This document shows positions 56,434 to 64,000 of a DNA stretch of 64,000 bases, piece by piece (within the stretch, counting starts at the first letter, position 1; each line of letters begins with the position of its first letter). The DNA is from Octopus vulgaris. Taxonomy: Eukaryota. Made by a program: the position numbers and the translations under genes. Under the pieces are notes generated by a model that was not told the DNA's origin, made no database searches, and saw only the letters and a program-made list of their open reading frames with translations. The stretch lies in contig OX597833.1 in the NCBI GenBank assembly GCA_951406725.2, forward strand, positions 69,068,001 to 69,132,000, written 5' to 3'.

Positions 56434-56827
56434 CTAGCAGTATCGCCCGGCGTTGCTCGGGTTTGTTTCGACCTTTTAGAATTGGAATTTGTGAAAAGTA
56501 AAATTTCGCACTATGTAGCTTGTTATTCTCTTTAAGTGAACATTTTTCTGGTTGAAATACACCGAAATATGGCGAAACAGCAGTCAAAAATTCATAGAAA
56601 ATAGGGATTTTCAGAGAAAAAAAGCACCTTTTGATGTAAATAATTTTTGGTGTTAACATGCGCCGATTTGAATTTTTTCCCCTACGGAAGGAAAAGCAAG
56701 CCTTCTTCTATCGTACTCTCAATTTTGGTCAACTTGCGCCGCAGGGTCTCGGAGGAGATAGTGTTAGTTGAAGGCTACCAAACCTGCCATACACAGACAA
56801 CTTCAGCCTTATATATATAGAGAGAGA
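56434..56827 (-). mobile_element. Non-autonomous Helitron (about 394 bp)
   Basis: Minus strand begins A|TC (TCTCTCTCTATATATATAAGG) and ends with hairpin CCCGAGCAACGCCGGG, short spacer, CTAG|T; no TSD. Confidence 0.8.
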
Positions 56828-56965
56828 TTAGTGAAATATTAAAGTAACAGGCTCTAACTGCTAGGCTATGTGCCTTCACCTGGTTCTGTTTATCACTAGG
56901 CGTATCATCCGAATATACATGCATTAATATAATGGATATATTAAACTTCGTATTAGGTGAACTTA

Positions 56966-57139
56966 TATATTTTTTTTTTCTCCATCTTCCCTTCTTTGAA
57001 TCTTTCCTTTTCCTATGTTTCTGACGAAGAGCTCCGCTCGAAACGTTATACCCTCCATCTTTCCTTCCTTCCTGAGCGTCCAATAACACTATACTTGCTC
57101 CACGTCCTCGCGTTGTTGTGTTTACATATTTGGACTAAC

Positions 57140-57141
<2 letters not shown>
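56966..57141 (+). mobile_element. Penelope-like pLTR fragment with minimal hammerhead
   Basis: Homologous to 13918-14121; ends at (TA)n. Confidence 0.65.
57017..57051 (+). ncRNA. Minimal type I hammerhead motif (Penelope-type)
   Basis: GTTT-CTGACGA-A-GAGC(TCC)GCTC-GAAA-CG-TT-ATAC; palindromic ACGT stem III; stem I has one mismatch. Confidence 0.6.
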
Positions 57142-57235
<94 letters not shown>

Positions 57236-57240
57236 CATAT

Positions 57241-57843
<603 letters not shown>

Positions 57844-58500
57844 ATAGATATATAGATAGATACATAGATAGATAGATAGACAAAACGATACATAGTTATA
57901 CACCCCTGCGTAAGCACATCCGTACAATATATTTTAGAAACGCGCATAGTAATATGGCGCATCTTTTGTTTTACTAGTGTCATGCAAATTAGGTCAGTCG
58001 TTACACCCCAAATCTAAAAAAAAACCAAACTCTCTCATGTCGTACAAGGTAAAGTGGCAATTTAGATTTGTTATTCCTTTTTCAATATACAGTTATCAAG
58101 AATATATCGTATGAAAAGCGTATATATTGTGAGCTAAGTTGTTTGCCTCTGGTAGCATTCACTAAACTAATAAAGGAAAAAACAAAAAGGGGGAATTGTA
58201 TAATGAAAATATACGATGACTGTTTTGGAGTTGTTGCTGCTGTTGTTGTTGTTGTTGTAGTTGTTCACGTTTCTTTACGCTGTAGGCAAAATTTTGAGTT
58301 TAAATTTAATCTAAAATGCGAAGAAGATGTAAAAGGGATGTTATTCTTGTAAAATAATTCAATGACGATGTTTAAAGTCAAGGAAAAATTGGAGATTGCC
58401 GATTCTTTGACAAGATACGTTTCAAGCTCTTAATTCATGCGAAGTATTGCTAAATTCAATGGAAGGCGGATAGTTGAAATTATATATATATATATAGTTG

Positions 58501-58531
<31 letters not shown>

Positions 58532-58570
<39 letters not shown>

Positions 58571-58611
58571 TTAATAATAATAGTAACAACAATAATAACA
58601 ATAACAATAAC

Positions 58612-58658
<47 letters not shown>

Positions 58659-58759
58659 TATTAATAATGATAAGGACAATATTAATAATAATAAGGACAA
58701 TATTAATAATAATAACAACAACAACAATAACAATAATAATAATATTAATAATATTAATA

Positions 58760-58813
<54 letters not shown>

Positions 58814-58821
58814 GTAATAAA

Positions 58822-58865
<44 letters not shown>

Positions 58866-58914
58866 TTATAGTAATGATAATAGTTATAATAATAATAATA
58901 AACATAATAATATA

Positions 58915-58994
<80 letters not shown>

Positions 58995-59010
58995 CAATAA
59001 TGATAATAAG
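58532..59010. repeat. Degenerate (TAA)n microsatellite, about 480 bp
   Basis: Visible; source of the poly-N and poly-I ORFs. Confidence 0.97.
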
Positions 59011-59758
59011 TAACTGAATAAATAAATGAAACAAAACAAGAGATATTAGAAATCGTTTTACAATATCATTGAAAATACAGTGTTAGAAAGACAGGATGTG
59101 TGGTACTATTTGGGAGAAAATGACGTTATTAACAAATTTGAAATATCAAACAGAAAAAAAAGAAAAAGAAATCTTATGTCAATAGGAAATACAAATATGT
59201 TTCAAATTATATATTACACTGAAAAATCAATATTTCTAAAACAGCTTTTGAGTAATATTAGCAGAGGTATAGTAGTAATATTATTAGAACGGAGGTTGGC
59301 GTTTACTTTCTGCGTGTAGGTTAGTTCATTGATAGTTCGAGTTCGGAATCCGTCGGATTGGATTTTCCTTGTCAATTATGTCACAGCGATGAAAGAAATT
59401 CCAAGAAGAGATTGCCAATCTTTTCCACCCCTATCTCTTATCGTATTAGACTGCGGCCATGCTGGAGCTCGGCTTTCTAGGATGTTTAGTCGAATGAATG
59501 TACTCCAGTACTCCTTTCCATCTGAAACATGGTATATAGGATATCGATCTCGCTTGCTTTGAAGTCACTTGTCACCGAAATCAACTCCAGGACTCTTTTT
59601 TTGTTAATGTTTCATGCCTGGTAGATAGGTCTTAGTTTCTTTTCCCAAACCGCAGGATAACGGGAATGTGACACCCTGCGATTGCCGAGGGATTATTGTA
59701 TATGTATTTGTGTAGCTGTTTCTCTATCTACCTAACTATAAATCTCTCTATCTATCCT

Positions 59759-59817
<59 letters not shown>

Positions 59818-59819
<2 letters not shown>

Positions 59820-60036
59820 TGTATATAAGGCATATATGATATCGGTATGATAGATCGTTAGCCACTACACATTTTTTCTCTCCTTGTTTCCTTGTTTTTT
59901 CTGCGTCCCTTTCTGTAGAAGAGCGTAGGCTCGAAACGTAAAAAACTTTTCTATTCCTGAGCGTTATACTAATACATCTGTTTGTTTTGTACACCACCTG
60001 TCTTCGTCTTTTGTTTTTTTCGTAAACTCTCCCTAT
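59818..60036 (+). mobile_element. Penelope-like pLTR fragment with variant hammerhead motif
   Basis: TTT-CTGTAGA-A-GAGC(GTAG)GCTC-GAAA-CG-TA-AAA at 59910-59943; shares TTCCTGAGCGT..TAATAC with the 13918 and 56966 copies; bounded by TA repeats. Confidence 0.62.
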
Positions 60037-60042
60037 ATATAT

Positions 60043-60215
60043 TGTTTCCCTTTCGCCGCTGACACTTCTCAACTTCTTGGTTTCTGTAGCTGCTCTCCAG
60101 CGAAGCAGTTCCTTCCTGCACTACTGTCCTCCGTGTTGTTCTCTCTTCAGCTCTCTCTTCCCAGATGCTGCTTTTATTTCGAATACAGTGTGTCTCTTGA
60201 TACCTTATAAATCGG
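60043..60215 (-). mobile_element. RTE-clade LINE ORF C-terminal fragment
   Basis: Minus frame IWEERAEERTTRRTVVQEGTASLESSYRNQEVEKCQRRK resembles the RTE WExLAxDRxxWRxxVxxG...EKRxRRK motif. Confidence 0.6.
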
Positions 60216-60991
60216 ATGTATTGTTATTGTTGGCGTTGTAGATGCTGCTGATGACAGTTAACATATCGATAAAGAAGGCCATGTTATAGCAAGTCAATGG
60301 TTAAATACATTCCTTCCGTGCCGACCTCGACTCTGTTTCAACGACAATAAATTGTTTAATACCTTATCCAATATTCCCACCGTTAGGTTTTTTTTATTGT
60401 CTTTTGAAATGGTACACTATACTTAAATCCTCGTGCTTGCTACGGTTTTTACCCGGAATGGGTTGAGCTGGCTCCGACCAACGATTAGTTCATGTTTGGA
60501 TCGTCTATAGGAATTCAAATCCACATGTGGTCCTCGGTCACATGCACAATGGCAGTGTATAACATAAAGAAAATCTGCTATCCATAATCTTTTGTGCGGG
60601 GAGCACACGTAGAAGTTCTTTCGATGAGAAGAAATGCATTTCTCAAGATACAGGCAACACGTCTATAAACTTAATTGCATTATAACTATTATAACAGCTT
60701 TAGAGATCAACAACCACTCGGTGGTTAGTTTATCACATTTCTTCTCACTGGGGAGGAGAGATAATAAAATACGGGGAATACGTAAACTATAAGACTGCAG
60801 AGAAATGAATCGTATCAAATAATTATAGTGCTCCCCTGAAGACGTGTATATTAAAGCATATACTTGAAATACTACGAATTGCAATGAAATATCTCACATA
60901 TCCCACACACACACACATACTACTGTATTAAAAATCTATTGAGGGACACGATAGACAATGTATTCTTCCAGATATTATTTATGAATGTATA

Positions 60992-61445
60992 AAGGCGGCG
61001 AGCTGGCAGAATCGTTAGCACGCCGGGCGAAATGCGTGGCCGTATTTCGTCTGCCGCTACGTTCTGAGTTGAAATTATTTTGAAATAACGTGTTACTGAG
61101 TTTACTATGTGACATAAATTCAGATAATTCCAGCCTTCTCTGCCTCTAGACCTATAGCAAAGATACATCGATTACACTGGCGGTTATATACAATATATGA
61201 AGGCGGCGAGCTGGTAGAAACGTTAGCACGCCGGGCGAAATGCGTAGCCGTATTTCGTCTGCCGTTACGTTCTGAGTTCAAATTCCGCCGAGTTCGACTT
61301 TGCCTTTCATCCTTTCGGGGTTGATAAATTAAGTACCAGTTACGCACTGGGGTCGATGTAATCGACTTAATACCTATGTCTGTCCTTGTCTGTCCTCTCT
61401 GTGTTTAGCCCCATGTGGGTAGTAAAGAAATCTGTATTTCGTCTG
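60992..61445 (+). mobile_element. SINE family A head (60992-61075) and full copy (61201-61445)
   Basis: Both start AAGGCGGCGAGCTGG; the second matches 2730-2960 and ends with the start of a further headless unit (GTATTTCGTCTG). Confidence 0.87.
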
Positions 61446-61508
61446 TTATTAAGTTAGACATGGCCTGGGCCAATCTTTGGTCGAAACATATCTAATTTTA
61501 TCTAAGAT
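61446..61508 (+). mobile_element. CR1-like LINE 3' UTR tip
   Basis: TATTAAGTTAGACATGGCCTGGGCCAATCTTTGGTCGAAACATAT matches 2332-2378; followed by (TA)n. Confidence 0.75.
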
Positions 61509-62561
61509 TATATATATATATATATATATTATTCACAACAAGTCACTTTCAGGGCACTTGACCATTTAACATCCTACTACTGTGATACCACAACTGCATT
61601 CTTCTTCTTCTTCTTCTTCTTCTTCTTCTTCTTCTTCTTCTTCTTCTTCTTCTTCACTGCCACGAATTCACGACCATCTCGAACCCACAAGAGAGACAGA
61701 GACAGGCAGGAACAAGGAAAATGCCCCTTGTATTTGAATACTATGCAAATATTCTTGTTTTCCATACTTACAGTTGAAAAAGTCTCAATGACCGAAAACG
61801 GTACTGAAATGTTTTTTATAAACTTATTTTAGAATTTTCTACCTTGAATGTTTTTCCAAACACACACACACACACACACACATGCTGTATTTTGGGCGTA
61901 CTTCGACAGAAAGGCACTCTAGTCGTTTGAACACTTCCTTAACTATGTAGAGAATAATCATCTAGAAGTAAAGATTTTTTGAATGTGTGATTACGAAAAA
62001 TACTAACAATAATGCAGATTTTGATATTAATTCTGATCAGCGACATTTTGTGATCATGTGACATTGAACATACGCATGAGCACTCAATGTGTTTAATATA
62101 TATTTTTGCTAGGGCAGTATTTGTGGTGAAACTAAAAGGGGATGATAAGTCAAATGGCTTTATTGTAAGTTTATTAGATATTTCCATCCAATCACCTTTT
62201 AAAATAATTGTAAAGAAGCGAGCTGATGAAAATGTCTCTATTAGGAAAACTACCCTGCTAGAAAGAGTTGCTAAATCTTTCAAAAATCAGAATCTGCAAT
62301 CATTAAAATGTGATGGATGTATCGGAAATAAATTATGAGGAGCCTGGGTAAACCACTTTCAGAAAAACTTTGATTGTGAAACTTTCTAACTGCTGCTAAC
62401 CTAAGGGTTGAAGAGCGACCCCTGGTTTAACAGTCATAGCTGTTTGTATTCAGCGAATTTATGGAAAGCATTAACTTGCAGACATATTGTCTTTCTTTGG
62501 TTGCAGTGAGAAAATCTGCATAATCCTTAAAATTCACTTAAATGCACGAGACACCATATAA

Positions 62562-62608
<47 letters not shown>

Positions 62609-62683
62609 CGCGTACGTGAGTGTGTGTCTCTGTGCATATGTATAAATATATATATATATATGTGAGTGTGTGTATGTATGTAT

Positions 62684-62733
<50 letters not shown>

Positions 62734-63567
62734 CATATATATATATACACACACAGAGAGTGTGAGAGGAGGGCGATAAATAGATTGAGAGAGAGAGAGA
62801 GAGAGAGAGAAAGGGAGATTGATTGACAAACAAATATTTTATCTCACAATTTTATTTAGAAATTCGCTTAAGAATTGTGTCAAAGAGAAAATGCCACGAA
62901 GATATCCCATCAATGAAAGAGTTTAAGAGGTCGAGGTTCTGTTATGGACCTTATCAAATATACCATCTACATAACAATCTAATGGCATAATTAAATTCAG
63001 GCTGAAGTAAAATAAACATCACTGAATGCAAATTAGTGGCGAACGTTGTAAAACTTGAATCTGTGACGTTGATGAATGGAAATACCGCAAGTGATTCGTG
63101 AACAGACATTTTGTGAGGTGAAAGCAGTGAAAATAGATCTTGTGGGTTTTATACGATATTATAAATGGGAGTCATGTTTCATTGTAGATTGGATGAAAGC
63201 AAAGGCGTCAGTTTTGTTTATGGAGACTTATATAGCCGTGTATTAAACAATAAATGGCATGCCAGCCACTGACATTTCACCTGCAATAAAAAGAGACAAG
63301 ATCAAGAATTTATCAGTATTTTCCAAGTTGTCTTATTTATATATGTTATAATTTTCTTCCTTTTTCAACTTATTCGACAGAAGATTATACATTAAACATC
63401 AAATTTATCTCGATAAAGAAAGGTTTAATATTTGTCTTGGAGAAAATGTAAATTAAATTTACACTTTTACACAATTACGAAGTTGCACATACAGAAATAT
63501 CAAAAATTCTCTAGAAATCCGACACGAACAGAGAAATAGAATTCTTAGTGGGAGTGACTATTGATCG

Positions 63568-63665
<98 letters not shown>

Positions 63666-63678
63666 TGTATATGCATAA

Positions 63679-63715
<37 letters not shown>

Positions 63716-63934
63716 CATATATATAGAGATAGATAGATAGATAGATATAAATATATATACATACATACATACGTACATACATACACATGTACATATGTAC
63801 GAACAAACATGTGCTGCCATTACTATTGACATTATTGTAGTTGTTGCTGCTGCCTCTGTTGTTGTGGTTGTGGTTGTTGTTGTTGTTGGTGGTGGTGGTG
63901 GTATTGTTGTTGTTGTGGCAGAGTCGTCACCACC

Positions 63935-64000
63935 CCGGAGAAAATAACGGTATTTCGCCCGTCTTCACGTTTCGAGTTCAAATTTCGCCGAAGTCGACGG
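63935..64000 (+). mobile_element. SINE family A head, degenerate, cut by window end
   Basis: CGGTATTTCGCCCGTC..GAGTTCAAATTTCGCCGAAGTCGAC. Confidence 0.65.

Noticed and set aside
58498-59013. Poly-Asn ORF
   Set aside because: (TAA)n microsatellite
60830-60880. CTGAAGA with GTGTAT/ATATAC stem and TGAAA
   Set aside because: No convincing stem I or III; at best a heavily decayed remnant
61939-62430. ORFs near a GCGACCCCTG motif resembling a hAT terminus
   Set aside because: No partner TIR or transposase motif identifiable by eye

Overview
This is AT-rich, microsatellite-saturated eukaryotic DNA. The SINE families and the dense (TA)n/(GATA)n/(TTA)n landscape point to a cephalopod, most likely Octopus; this is inferred from recalled repeat families, not from a search. 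I can support no intact protein-coding gene, and nearly all listed ORFs are translations of simple repeats or SINEs. The window is an intronic or intergenic transposon graveyard. It holds several tRNA-derived SINE families (one as a head-to-tail array), one full-length dead mariner plus other mariner remnants, and 3' ends of CR1-like, RTE-like and R4/Dong-like LINEs. It also holds a non-autonomous Helitron, a MITE and several long hairpins. The most interesting signal is a set of short elements next to (TA)n tracts that carry hammerhead ribozyme motifs, as in Penelope-like pLTRs or retrozymes. One of them, at 57434-57506, is an apparently intact type I hammerhead inside a 399-nt unit with a 38-bp terminal direct repeat. 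A few isolated minus-strand exon candidates are noted at low confidence. All analysis was by eye, so most repeat boundaries are approximate.
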